DNA of 63,512 bases, filler included, from Octopus bimaculoides (GCF_001194135.2; 5 parts of 5 records of this genome joined end to end with filler, not necessarily neighbours in it); one strand, 5' to 3'; shown: positions 1 to 11,543, numbered from the whole stretch's first letter. Notes: generated by a model from the letters alone, not told the origin. Translations and numbers: made by a program.

Positions 1-129
1 ATATATATATATATATATATATATAAATATATACATATACAAAGACTATATATGTGTGTATCATATATATGTATATATGTATATATACACACCTACTATA
101 CACACACACATATATATATATATAGTTGA

Positions 130-270
130 AATTTATAGAAAAACAAAAGACGAAGACAGGTGTGTAAACAAGTAAATTTATTTGTTTGACGCTCCGGAAA
201 ATGAAAAAGTCTTTTACGTTTCGAGCCTACGCTCTTCAATAGAAAGGAATAAAACATAAAAGATATAAGT
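130..270 (-). repeat. Interspersed repeat next to (TA)n carrying a degenerate minimal hammerhead-like fold (possibly Penelope-derived)
   Basis: Minus strand 211-246 reads CTTT-CTATTGA-A-GAGC-GTAG-GCTC-GAAAC-GTA-AAAG. Stem I (CTTT/AAAG) and stem II (GAGC/GCTC) pair perfectly; the core differs from CUGANGA at two positions. Boundaries are approximate. Confidence 0.4.
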
Positions 271-620
271 ATATTCCCACATTATACATAAAAAAAACAT
301 TTCTTTTTCTATGGTATTTTCGTAGCACGTTTGAGCCCTTGTAACTAATAAAGCAAAATGTTTGTTGTTTTAGTTTTGTCTTCCTCTCAACTAATTCCCA
401 TAAAGTTTACTCATTTTAGTGTTTAAAACTTATTGTAACTATTTTCCTTTTCCATCTTCCCTCCGTTTATGACGGGATCCGTTTCCCATCTTCTGATAAG
501 ATTATGGAATAAACAAATGAATAAATAAAAAATAAACAAATAAACAAATAAACATGTTCAATAAAATGTTAATGTCATTAATGATACTTGTAGTATTACT
601 ACAATAAACCCACAACAACA

Positions 621-624
<4 letters not shown>

Positions 625-675
<51 letters not shown>
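625..675. repeat. (AAT)n microsatellite, likely the tail of the adjacent minus-strand SINE
   Basis: Perfect AAT run abutting the 3' end of the family A SINE. Confidence 0.95.
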
Positions 676-677
<2 letters not shown>

Positions 678-890
678 GCTTCAAATTTTGCCACAAGGAC
701 AGCCATTTTGGGGAGGGTACTAGTTGATTACATTGACCTCAGAGCGTAATTGGTACTTATTTTATCGATCCCGAAAGGATGATTGGCAAAGTAGACCTTG
801 TCGGAATTTGAACTCAGAACGTAACGACAGGCGAAATACCGCTAAGCATTTCGTCAAGTGTGCTAACGATTCTGCCGGCTCACCGTCTTA
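676..890 (-). mobile_element. tRNA-type SINE, family A (provisional name)
   Basis: Reverse complement of the + copies at 8492 and 8727 (GGAATTTGAACTCAGAACGT = antisense B-box-like GAGTTCAAATTCC; shared GGCAAAGT.GACCT motif). Confidence 0.85.
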
Positions 891-953
891 ATAATGATGA
901 TGAGGATGATTATAATAATAATAATAATAATGATGATGATGATGATGATGATG

Positions 954-1011
<58 letters not shown>

Positions 1012-1043
1012 TAATAATAATGATGATGATGATGATGATAATG

Positions 1044-1091
<48 letters not shown>

Positions 1092-1113
1092 ATAATAATA
1101 ATAATAATAATAA
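890..1113. repeat. Compound (GAT)n/(AAT)n/(TAC)n microsatellite
   Basis: Direct reading; explains the poly-N/D/T/I/L pseudo-ORFs. Confidence 0.97.
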
Positions 1114-2445
1114 CAGAAAGGACAGTGGTATAAGTATTTGATGGGATACTGGAAGCAGATTAAATAAAACGAAGAAATAAAACAAATTACTTGTAGAGAT
1201 TATACAAGGAGAGTAAGAAAATTATTGCCATCAAAGCTGAATTTAAAAAAATGTTATTGAAGCAATAAATGCGAGAGCGGTGCCCCTAATCAGATATGGA
1301 ATTGGAATTGTAGACTGGACCAAAAACGACATAAAGAAGCTTGACAGAGAAACTGTTGACAATGTATGGATTACACCATCCGAAAGTTGATATCAACCGG
1401 TTGTACCTGAAGACAGACCAAGGTGGAAGGGACTTAATTGCCGTGAAAAAGTGAGTACAGATGGAAAGAAAAAGCCTACTAGAATATTTAAAGAACAGCA
1501 CAGGGAAATTACTAAAGATGGTGAATAAGGAACAGGTGATCAAGTATGGAATAGGAGAAAAGGAAAAGAATGAAATTCAAAGAGAACACTTTAGACAGAT
1601 TGAAGAGAAACATCTATACGATCAATTTTGAAGAGCCACTGAAGATGTTTGTGGAACAAAATCCTGGGCGTGCTTAACAAAAAAGGGCAATTAAAAAAGA
1701 AAGAAACAGTGAGCCTAATTGTAGCAGCCCAGGTTCAAGCGATAAAAACAAATAACTTGAGGAGGAAAAATGTATATGGGGAGAATGTTTCAGAAAAATG
1801 GAACTTGGAACGAGACAGTGGCACACATTGTTGCTGAATGTCTCAAATTGGCACAGGAGGAATATAAGAAATGGAAGCATGACCAAGTTGTAAGAGTTTT
1901 ATACTGGAAGTTGGACACACATGATATGAACATCGGGTCGAAAGAATGCTGGAATCGGAGAATTGTAAAATTCTGTGGAACTTTCTTATTTAAATGGACA
2001 TGACACTAGAAACAATAGACCAGGAAAATAACAGACAAGGAAAAGTGAAATTGCCTACTAATTGATCCATCATGTCTGTTTGATTCCAGCATCGTAAAGA
2101 AAAGACGAAAAACAAAAGACAAAAAAAACTTTAAAATTCGAAAATGGTTGCAAGAATTTGGAACAAGAAAAGTGTAAAGGTTGTGCCTATAATAATTGGT
2201 GCATTGGGAACTGTAAGAAAATATATAGAGAAATGGTTGGAGGAGATTGGAATAGAATGTTCAGTAGATCTACAGAAAGTTTGCCTTTTAGGGACAGGAA
2301 AGATTATCAGGAGGGCCTTAAGCACTTGAAAAACCATTGAAAGCTTGTTGATACCTTAGGTTACAGGTAATAAGTAACCCGCTACCTACATAAATTCTGC
2401 AAGGAATAAGTACGAGCCTGAGTCAAATTAATAACAACAACAACA
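1114..2445 (+). mobile_element. 5'-truncated, decayed non-LTR retrotransposon, R4/Dong clade (RT end, zinc-knuckle remnant, restriction-like endonuclease)
   Basis: Frameshifted translation: YKYL-GILEAD, AINARAVPLIRYGIGIVDW, HPKVDINRLYLK..GGR, LKKETVSLIVAAQVQAIKTN, ETVAHIVAEC..HDQV, LLIDPSCLFD, VVPIIIGALG, LQKVCLLGTGKIIRRAL*. A short 3' UTR ends in TAATAACAACAAC. Confidence 0.88.
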
Positions 2446-2519
2446 AAGAAAGAAAGAAACAGATAAATATTACAAAAATGCAACATAAAAAAAAGGATCT
2501 ACCTACCCCCCCCCCCCAA

Positions 2520-3110
2520 AAAAAAAAACTACTAAGACAAGAGATTCTTTCTCCGTAAATCAGCTAAAATCTTCTGGAATTAAAAATGCCAATAATTCTT
2601 TAAACAAAGCAAACAATTCTACCCCAACTTAAAAAGATTTCATATAAAATGAAATCGAAATGAATGCAATACCAACACCAAGAGAAATAGTAGAATTTAA
2701 GGGAGGAGTATGGGCAGCGAAAACAAAACAAAAAAAAAATTACCACGGAAAAGACTAGTCAAAACAACGAAGACAACATCGGAGCAATCGTGGGTGTTTA
2801 TAACAACAGAAGTAACCCAGATACACTGAAAAACGAACAACTGGAAGGGACCCGGACATGACAAGGTACCTAACTTTTGGTAAAACTATTCAACAAAAAA
2901 CGTTATGTGCGAGCAAAGAAGTTTAGCGAGATGTTGACAGGGTCAGAGACAACACTTTACTGGCTCACAAAACGGAAGTCATCTTAGTCTTCCAATCAAA
3001 AGAAACCACAAATCCTTAAAACTACAGACCTATAACATGTCTGCCTTCAACCAACAAAATCTTAACTGCGAGAGCAAACTTCTGGAAGAAAGCATCCTTT
3101 TCAGCGCTAC
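2520..3110 (+). mobile_element. Second decayed LINE fragment (N-terminal RT region), probably the same R4/Dong-like clade
   Basis: NWKGPGHDKVPNFW at 2839-2880 and NYRPITCLPSTNKILTA from 3020 are RT domain 0/1 motifs, with stops and frameshifts. Confidence 0.75.
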
Positions 3111-3139
3111 TTGGGATCAACATTGCAGCGACAAAACTT

Positions 3140-4560
3140 CGTTTGCTTGATAGTTGATTGATGGTGAGTGGTGAGTGATGGGTGGGTTGTGAGTGATGTG
3201 TGACGAGTTGGTGATGAGTGGTGGATGGTGTGTGGTATGATGAGCGGTAAGTGGTAATGGTAGGTGGATGATGGGTGATAAGTATTGAGTGGTGAGTGAT
3301 GAGTTGTCAATGGTGGGTAGTGAGCGATGGGTAATGTGGTGAGTGATGAGTGATGAGTGGTGAGTGACGAGTGGTGAATGATGAGTAACGAGTAATGATT
3401 GATGATAGACGATTGATAATAGACGACTGACGAGTGATGATTGATGTATAATGAGTGTCGAGTGTCGAGTGACGAGTGGTGATTGATGATTGCTGATTGC
3501 TGATTGATGATGATTGACGATTGATGATTAATGATTGATGATTTATGATTGGTGAGTGATGAGTGATGATTGATAAGTGATGATTGATGATTGATGATTG
3601 ATGATTGATGATTTATGATTGGTGAGTGATGAGTGATGATTGATAAGTGATGATCGATGATTGACGATTGATGATTGATGATTTATGATTGGTGAGTGAT
3701 GAGTGATGCGTGATGAGTGATGAGTGCTGATTGATGAGTGATGCTTAATGATTGACGAGTGGTGAGTGATGATTGATAAGTGATGATTGATGATTGACGA
3801 TTGATGATTGATGATTTATGATTGGTGAGTGATGAGTGATGCGTGATGAGTGATGAGTGATGATTGATAAGTGATGCTTAATGATTGACGAGTGGTGAGT
3901 GATGGGTGATGAGTGGTGAATGGTGCGTGATGAGTGGTGAGTGATGGTGGGTGGAGTGAGTGATAATGGTGGTGAGTGATGTTAGATGAAAGATAGTGAG
4001 TGGTGAGTGGTAATAGGTAGTGCGAGATGCGTGGGTGGTGAGTGGCGGATGACGGATGGTGGATAGTATGCAGTGAGTGGTGAATGATGAGTGGTAAATG
4101 ATGTGTAGTGATGGGTAGATGAGCGGTGTGTGGTGATGATAGAAGGTGGATGATGGGCAGTGAGTGGTGAGTGATGGGTGTATGGTGAATGTTGAGTGGT
4201 GGGCGTTGAATGGTAAGTGATGAGTGATGGTACTGAGTGATGAGTGGTGAATGGCGATGATCGAAGGTGGATGGCAGGTGGTGAGTAGATAGTGGATAGG
4301 GATGGATGGTTGTTGGTGGACAATGTGTGTTGACTTGTGACTGATGAAGGAGAATGACGAAAACTGTATAGTGAATGTTGTGTAGCTGGTCGACGGTGGG
4401 CAGCGAATGATGGATGGTTGATAGTTAACGACAGATGCCGAGTGGCTGGTTACTGGGTGGGTAGTGAACGGTTAATGGCGGTGGGTAAGATTTGTGACTG
4501 GTGGCGAGTGGTGAATGGTAACGGGGAGGAGAGTGTAGAGGTGAACGAGTGAGTGTTAGC
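3140..4560. repeat. Degenerate GAT/GAGT/GGT-rich low-complexity minisatellite with higher-order units
   Basis: C-depleted + strand; ATTTATGATTGGTGAG recurs at 3541, 3611, 3681 and 3814. Confidence 0.9.
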
Positions 4561-5497
4561 TAGAAAGATTATAGTCATACGTTAGCCGAGAATAAGGAAA
4601 CGGATACAGAAAACGGAGTAAGGTGTTGAAATAGACAGAACAGTAAATAGAATCTCAGTTATCAGTTGGTGTATATAAGACAAAAACAGTCTTCCGGTAC
4701 ACACACACACACACACTCTCATATATCTACACATGCATATATATATATATATATATATATATANNNNNNNNNNNNNNNNNNNNNNNNNNNNNNNNNNNNN
4801 NNNNNNNNNNNNNNNNNNNNNNNNNNNNNNNNNNNNNNNNNNNNNNNNNNNNNNNNNNNNNNNNNNNNNNNNNNNNNNNNNNNNNNNNNNNNNNNNNNNN
4901 NNNNNNNNNATATATATGTATATATATATGTATATGTATATACAGTGTACATTTGTATTACACTAGTGTACTATTTTTCTACACGCTAGGCCACGGTGGT
5001 AAAAAATTTCTAAATAATATTTTACCACCCTGAAATTTATTAATAATAATTCTTTTGGCTAATTTTCTGCTGCATAGAATACTTGCAATTGAATTCAACT
5101 GGTTGTAGATATACTAGTCTCCGTATTCATTGGAATTGTTATATATACATATACCTATATATCTCTTTATACACACAGGCACGCGCGCCAATATGCACTC
5201 ACATATATACATTCACTCAGTCTTATTTAAACCTGACAACCAATATTTAGAACTCCCTATTATATTTCCGCATTGTGTTGTAATTGTATCCTTATATATA
5301 TATATATATATGATGAAATTTACGTTTGAATATTACATTGAGTATATATAGAACATAAAACAAAGCATGAGAGGATGTTTATAAGATATTTAGTTACACC
5401 ATCTTACGTACGTTCATTAACATAACATGATTATTACTTACATAATGCAAATTATATAGCCAAAACATATTGTTAAATCGTCAGAGATATAACTTAT

Positions 5498-5755
5498 GGT
5501 GCTATGTCTTTTCTTCCGACGTCACTTCGTCAAACGTCTTTCCGTCCACGTCTTTTCGTCCGACGTCTTTTTGTCTGATGATTTTTTTTTGTCAAACGAC
5601 AAATCCTATCAATAAAATTCTCAATGATTATTTGACTTTGATGTTCACCTTGTTTTCTAAAGAGTTTTTATGATTGGACAAAAAATCGTTGGACAAAAAG
5701 ACTTCGGACCAAAAGACGTTGGACAAAGTAACATCGGACGAAAAGTCGGGTCACG
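5498..5755. mobile_element. Foldback-type MITE with TIRs made of ~15-bp subrepeats
   Basis: Left arm units GTCTTTTCGTCCGAC-like (about 6) are the reverse complement of right arm units CGTTGGACAAAAAGA-like (about 5), with a ~80-bp spacer. Confidence 0.75.
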
Positions 5756-6010
5756 ATAACTTAAATTATTGCATTGAAAAATTGATAGAATTTCACATCA
5801 TGGAGGTGGTTAGCAACTGACTACATGAGAATGTTTCATTTCGTAAACGAATTTGGCTTAGCAACGCGTAAAATTACGGCTAACATTTTAGAATAAGACT
5901 TAAATATAGATTCTAATACAGTGTTAAGTATAAGTTGAAGTTCGCTGTATTGTTGTGAGAAAAGGATTGATGGAATGAAGTTGGAATACACACACACACA
6001 CACACACGCA

Positions 6011-6053
<43 letters not shown>

Positions 6054-6404
6054 ACACAAACGCACACGCACACACCCACACACCCAGATAGATAGATAAT
6101 TAGCTAGCTAGCTAGTTAGATAGATAGATAGATTAGGGCTACTGATTAAAAAAGTATTAAAGGTATTGAGCGAACAGAGTTCTCAAGAAAATAAATATCA
6201 AATATATGTGTGCCTATCCGATGTTCAGGAATGAAATATTTAGTAGATGCCCACACACAGTTTTTTTAATATTCCTAAGGTGAGTGGTTTTTCTTTTTTT
6301 AAATATTTATACTTATAATACTTCTTTGTGCAGTGTAAACATTTTATTTGTCTGAAATATTGCTTTGATCTTTCAAGAGTTCTTCATCTGAAATCGTAGA
6401 GAGC

Positions 6405-6590
6405 GTTGGGCATAAAGCAAATTAATTGTTGTGGGGAGATTAATCGATTCGACCGATTCCATTAACTATTTTATCGCTCGCGAAAGTATGACAATCAAAG
6501 CTGACCTCGGTGGGATTTGAACTCAGAAATGTATAAAGCCAGAACGAATATTACACACTTTTCTCACGATCTCACGACTCTGCCACTCCG
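6405..6590 (-). mobile_element. Degenerate family A SINE
   Basis: AAAGCTGACCTCGGTGGGATTTGAACTCAGAA matches the family A antisense core. Confidence 0.7.
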
Positions 6591-6678
6591 TACATATTGC
6601 TGCATACAAACATACGTACATACATACTTCCATGCATAAATACAAACATAAACATACATATGTGTATGTATGTATGTA

Positions 6679-6710
<32 letters not shown>

Positions 6711-6954
6711 CTTTCTCTTTGGTTTGTTTAAGTTCTTTTTTCTGGAGTTTAAGTCAGTCACTAACAAAGTGAAGGGATTCTGAGTTCAGACTGTTCCTGG
6801 GGGTTTGTAAATATGTGGAGACGTTAGTGTGTACATATATGTAAGTGCATGAACCTGTACTTGTTCTCTCTGTTAACATGGCTCTTTAGTGCATTGGTTT
6901 CTGTGCATGTGTGCGTGTGCTCGTATTAACATGTGTGCATTATGTATGCATGTA

Positions 6955-7771
6955 CGAGGGCTGATCAATAAGAATCCAGATTATTGTCATAGTAACGAAG
7001 CTAAAGCACGCAAAGTAAAGACGCTTGGCACAATTTGACCTTGAACTCTGCTGTGCGTGCGCACTAAGATTTAACGTTTTATCTCACTTCTGCTGTTTAC
7101 AGTAGTGGTTGGAAGGAACGCATGATCGTTGCATTGACCATGACAGAGAACGTTGTCATGGCGATACGTGCTCAGAAGTCTACGCAAAGTTGCAGAAAGC
7201 GCATGGAGTGCAGTGTATGAGCCGCGCACAAGTGTATGGATAGTTCAGACCTTTCCAAGATGGCCGAAAAAATGTCGATATTGACGAACGTCCCGGGAGA
7301 CCCGCAGCCAGCTGAACTGAGAAAAACATCACAGAAAATCGTCACTATCCGCGAGTTATTAGAGGATGCGCAGATTAGTTACGGTTCACTTCAGTCTATT
7401 ATCACTGAAGACTTGTGCATGAGACGCATATATGCCAAGTCTCAGTGGCACAAGATTTCCTTGATTGTGTCGAGAACGATGAAAACTTTTCGAAAACTTT
7501 GCGTGGGCCTCTGAGCAGGTATCGCTAAGCTTTTGGCAAAATTTGATGCAGATTCTCTGCTCAACTTTCTCTGTCATGGTCACTGCGACGATCACACGCT
7601 ACACACGTTCCTTCCAACCACTGCAATAAACAGTAGAAGTAAGCTAGAACGTTAAAACTTAGTGCGCATGCACAGCAGAGATCAAAGTCAAACTGTCCCA
7701 AGCAGCTTTACTCTGCATGCTTTAGCTTCGTAATTATGGCAACAGTCCGGATACTTATTGATCAACCCTGG
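6955..7771. mobile_element. Non-autonomous mariner derivative with very long TIRs (two inverted 5' ends) and TA TSD
   Basis: Ends CGAGGGCTGATCAATAAG / CTTATTGATCAACCCTGG flanked by TA. The + strand encodes a mariner HTH remnant (SRAQVYG*F..FQDGR..D.RPGRP..ISYGSLQSIITEDLCMRR); the - strand encodes MTEKVEQRICIKFCQKL. Confidence 0.9.
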
Positions 7772-8491
7772 TATATCTGCCTGTATAGATATATTTATAC
7801 ACCTCGATTGACTGCTGGTATATAAAGGTATAACTATTAATCTAATCGATTGGTACAATCCACATATGTGTGTATGTGTGCACGCGTACATAGCAGTGTT
7901 GTGTATGTGCTTCCATCTCTTTATAATGTCAGTGTCAACTTTATGCCATGTTTTCTTCCTCTTCTCCTAACTGCTTTCTTTTTCTTTCTTTTTTTCCAAT
8001 ATTTTCTTCTTCATTAGGTCACTTTGTAACCCAACGTCTTTCCTGGGTCTTTTTATTATATTCGTATAACTTGCCAGTCACTGAAATATATTAGATAAAA
8101 CAAGAAGAGTTTTTACTTTAAGAAGTCACCATTTTTTCTTTTGTAACTAATAAAAACCATTACTTAAATCATTATTTATTATAAAGTATGTTACTCCATG
8201 ATTCAGAAGATCATTGCGCACTATCTTCCCCCGTCACTAAGATGAGGCCTCCCTTGCTACATCAACCGGTTGCTAGACATCGCTCAATATTCTTCTCGCC
8301 ATTGCTCATCATCTCTTTTTAATCAAATGGCGGCTTACTTCCTCCATTCTGGCCTGACTTGTTGTATCTATTTCAGCCACGTGGGCTTAGTGTAATCAAG
8401 AGTGTTGGCCAGTCAAAGAACAGAATACAATGGTATCGTAATTTTTGAATATATTGACCGCAAATTAAAACTCAATATTTCGACCACATAT

Positions 8492-8726
8492 AAGGCGGCG
8501 AGCTGGCAGAAACGTTAGCACGCCGGGCGAAATGCTTAGCGATATTTCGTCTGCCGTTACGTTCTGAGTTCAAATCCCGCCGAGGTCGACTCTGCCTTTC
8601 ATCCATTTAGGGTCGATAAAATTAAGTACTAGTTACGCACTGGGGTTGATGTAATCGACTTAATCCCTTTGTCTGTCCTTGTTTGTCCCGTCTATGTTTA
8701 GCCCCTTGTGGGCAATAAAGAAATAA
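8492..8726 (+). mobile_element. Family A SINE
   Basis: GGCGGCGAGCTGGCAGAAACGTTAGC head, GAGTTCAAATCCC B-box-like motif; many homologous copies in the window. Confidence 0.9.
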
Positions 8727-8910
8727 GAAACGTTAACACGCCGGGCAAGATGCTTAGCGGTATTTCATGTCTTTACGTTCTGCGTTCAAGTTCCGCCGAG
8801 GTCGACTTTGCCCTTCATCTTTTCGGGGTCGATAAAATATGCACCGGTTGAGTGCTGGGTCGATGTAATTGACTATCTCCTTCCCTCTCCTGCCAAAATT
8901 TGAAACCAAT
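8727..8910 (+). mobile_element. Family A SINE, second tandem copy
   Basis: GAAACGTTAACACGCCGGGC...GCGTTCAAGTTCCGCCGAGGTCGACTTTGCC...AAAATTTGAAACC. Confidence 0.88.
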
Positions 8911-9065
8911 ATTTCGATCACATATGTGACGCAGTGCCGATGGTAACTACAGCAGAAACAATCAACTTTCGGATAGATGCTTTCGCTGAGTAGTACAGTG
9001 GGTTTACATCTAGGTTGACTGAGCCATGTAGAAGTTAAGTTCGTAGCCAGACGCATTGCAGTTCA

Positions 9066-9381
9066 TTTTGTTTGTTGGCACTCCGTCGCTTACGACGTCG
9101 AGGGTTCCAGTTGATCCGATCAACGGAACAGCCTGCTCGTGAAATTAACGTGCAAGTGGCTGAGCACTCCACAGACACGTGTACCCTTAACGTAGTTCTC
9201 GGGGATATTCAGCATGACACAATGTGACAAGGCTGACCCTTTGAATTACAGGCACAACAGAAACAGGAAGTAAGAGTGAGAGAAAGTTGTGGTGAAAAAG
9301 TACAGCAGGGTTCGCCACCATCCCCTGCCGGAGCCTCGTGGAGCTTTTAGGTGCTCAATAAACACTCACAACGCCCGGTCT
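9066..9381 (-). mobile_element. tRNA-type SINE, family C (head lost in gap)
   Basis: Reverse complement of 57563-57932 along about 300 bp. Confidence 0.9.
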
Positions 9382-9744
9382 NNNNNNNNNNNNNNNNNNN
9401 NNNNNNNNNNNNNNNNNNNNNNNNNNNNNNNNNNNNNNNNNNNNNNNNNNNNNNNNNNNNNNNNNNNNNNNNNNNNNNNNNNNNNNNNNNNNNNNNNNNN
9501 NNNNNNNNNNNNNNNNNNNNNNNNNNNNNNNNNNNNNNNNNNNNNNNNNNNNNNNNNNNNNNNNNNNNNNNNNNNNNNNNNNNNNNNNNNNNNNNNNNNN
9601 NNNNNNNNNNNNNNNNNATCACTATTTTGAAAGGCGAATATTTTTTCGAATCCCAGGAATCACAAAGTTGGTTACTCGGTTTCCAAGGCGTGTCAGTGAC
9701 CGAGATCATAACATTACCAGTAAATAAGACGCCGGTACGTTTTA

Positions 9745-9965
9745 GAGTTCAAGCCCTGCAATTTAGAGGGGTGGGGGGAAAGTCGATTACATCTATCTCA
9801 GTACTTGACTGGTACTTCATTTTATCGATCGCGAAGGAATGACAGGCAAAAAAAAAAAAAAAAATGTCCACGGCGAGATTTGAACTCAGAATGTAACGAG
9901 CCGGAAGAAATAGCTGCCAAGTGTTATGTCCGATCAGCTAATGATTCTACCAGCTCGCTTCCTTA
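9745..9965 (-). mobile_element. Family A SINE with internal poly-A run
   Basis: GTCGATTACATC...TTTTATCGATCGCGAAGGAATG...GATTTGAACTCAGAATGTAACG. Confidence 0.8.
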
Positions 9966-10648
9966 GCGAATTATTACCATGCTGGACTGATCCAGGTGAA
10001 AGTTATGTTTGTTGGTTACAGACAACATAGTGACTCTATCATGATACGAACCGCCAGCTTCTATACTAGAAAGTGTCTTTCTCAATTTATCCCCTGGTCA
10101 CGCAACCATATAGCTTCATAATCGCGCAATTAAACCATCATCTTTATGGGAGATATTTACAATTTAGGGGACAGAGCGAGTGATAATGTTTTAAAGTCTT
10201 TTGGTTGGGGACACCGAACATGCAGTTGGTGATTGAGTAAAAATGAATCATCGACTCCCCCCCCCTCCTTCACTCATTTTCAAATGGTTTAGGATGATTC
10301 ATTAATAATCCGTTGACTCAACAACCATCTGTGACTCAATGTAATGCCATTAGACAGCGAATAACGGTTTTCTGGTTCTTGGCATATGGACAATTGTTTA
10401 GTCATTTTTTTTCCTGTTCACATGTTCAACTAATCCTAAATGAGAACAACCAAACAGATAAAGAAAACGGGAAGAAAAAGAAATTGAAATAAAACATTAN
10501 NNNNNNNNNNNNNNNNNNNNNNNNNNNNNNNNNNNNNNNNNNNNNNNATTAGCAATAAAAGATTTGAATGGGAAGGTTGTGTACTGGATAAATGTAACTA
10601 ATAGAAAATATTTATCATGTAACTGATAGAGAAAAAAAAAAATGTGTA

Positions 10649-10812
10649 GGCACAACCGTGGTTGTGTGGTATGATGTTTGCTTCCCAATCATATGGTTCC
10701 AGGTTCAGTTCCACTTGGTGACACCTTGGACAAGTGTTTTCTTCTATATCCTCAGGCCGACCGAATCCTTGTGAGCGGATTTGGTTGACAGAAACTGAAA
10801 GAAGCCTGTCGA
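10649..10812 (+). mobile_element. tRNA-type SINE, family B (5' half, CORE-like CCTTGG.CAAG motif)
   Basis: GTGGTTGTGTGGTA..GGTTCAGTTCCAC..ACCTTGGACAAGTGT..GAAACTGAAAGAAGCC; homologous to 19241 and 52894. Confidence 0.88.
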
Positions 10813-11189
10813 ATATATATATGTACTAATGCTGGTTATGTTCAGTTACAATAGAACTAATTTTACATTAATCTGAAGGGTTACTCCATACTTTTGTTGA
10901 GAACTTTATCATTCTTTAGTAAGAATAGTATCGATAGTGACTTCGAAGTTTCGAAGATGGCAAGCATTTCGGCAATCGGTCAACCAGCTTTTCCCTATCC
11001 TGTGGCTTTGATGACATTAATGAATACAAAAGAGAAGACAAAATTTTATGTGGTACAATATATATTTACAACACAGTTTTGTTCATTTATGAATGCTTCA
11101 CTTTGAAAGTTCCGAAGACTTCTTATGATGATTACGAAAGCAGCATAAATAGCAGCTTCAACAATAACTCCAAGAATCTATCTATCTAT

Positions 11190-11221
<32 letters not shown>

Positions 11222-11387
11222 CCATCTATCCATCTATCTATCTGTCTGTCTGTCTGTCTGTCTGTCTATGCACCTACCTACCTACCTGCCTACGTGTGTG
11301 TGTCTATCTGTCTGTCTGTCTGTCTATTGTTAGTTTGGATATTTTTATTGTAACTGAACATAACCAGCATTAGTACATATATATATA

Positions 11388-11543
11388 TTCGACAGGCTTC
11401 TTTCAGTTTCTGTCAACCAAATCCGCTCACAAGGATTCGGTCGGCCTGAGGATATAGTAGAAAACACTTGTCCAAGGTGTCACCAAGTGGAACTGAACCT
11501 GGAACCATATGATTGGGAAGCAAACATCATACCACACAACCAC
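11388..11543 (-). mobile_element. Family B SINE, near-identical inverted duplicate of the 10649 copy
   Basis: The reverse complement matches 10658-10853 except for one substitution and TA-run length, including the unique flank. Confidence 0.9.

Noticed and set aside
502-1185. Poly-L/N/D/I/T ORFs, and all similar ORFs over (CA)n, (TA)n, (TCTA)n tracts or N-gaps
   Set aside because: They are translations of microsatellites or of unknown bases.
4340-4375. CTGATGA..GAAAAC as a hammerhead
   Set aside because: The intervening AGGAGAATGAC cannot form stem II, and it sits in GAT-rich low-complexity DNA.
8492-8600. tRNA genes at SINE heads (also 19241, 57563, 62881)
   Set aside because: Only A/B-box-like motifs; no complete cloverleaf; each continues into a multi-copy SINE body.
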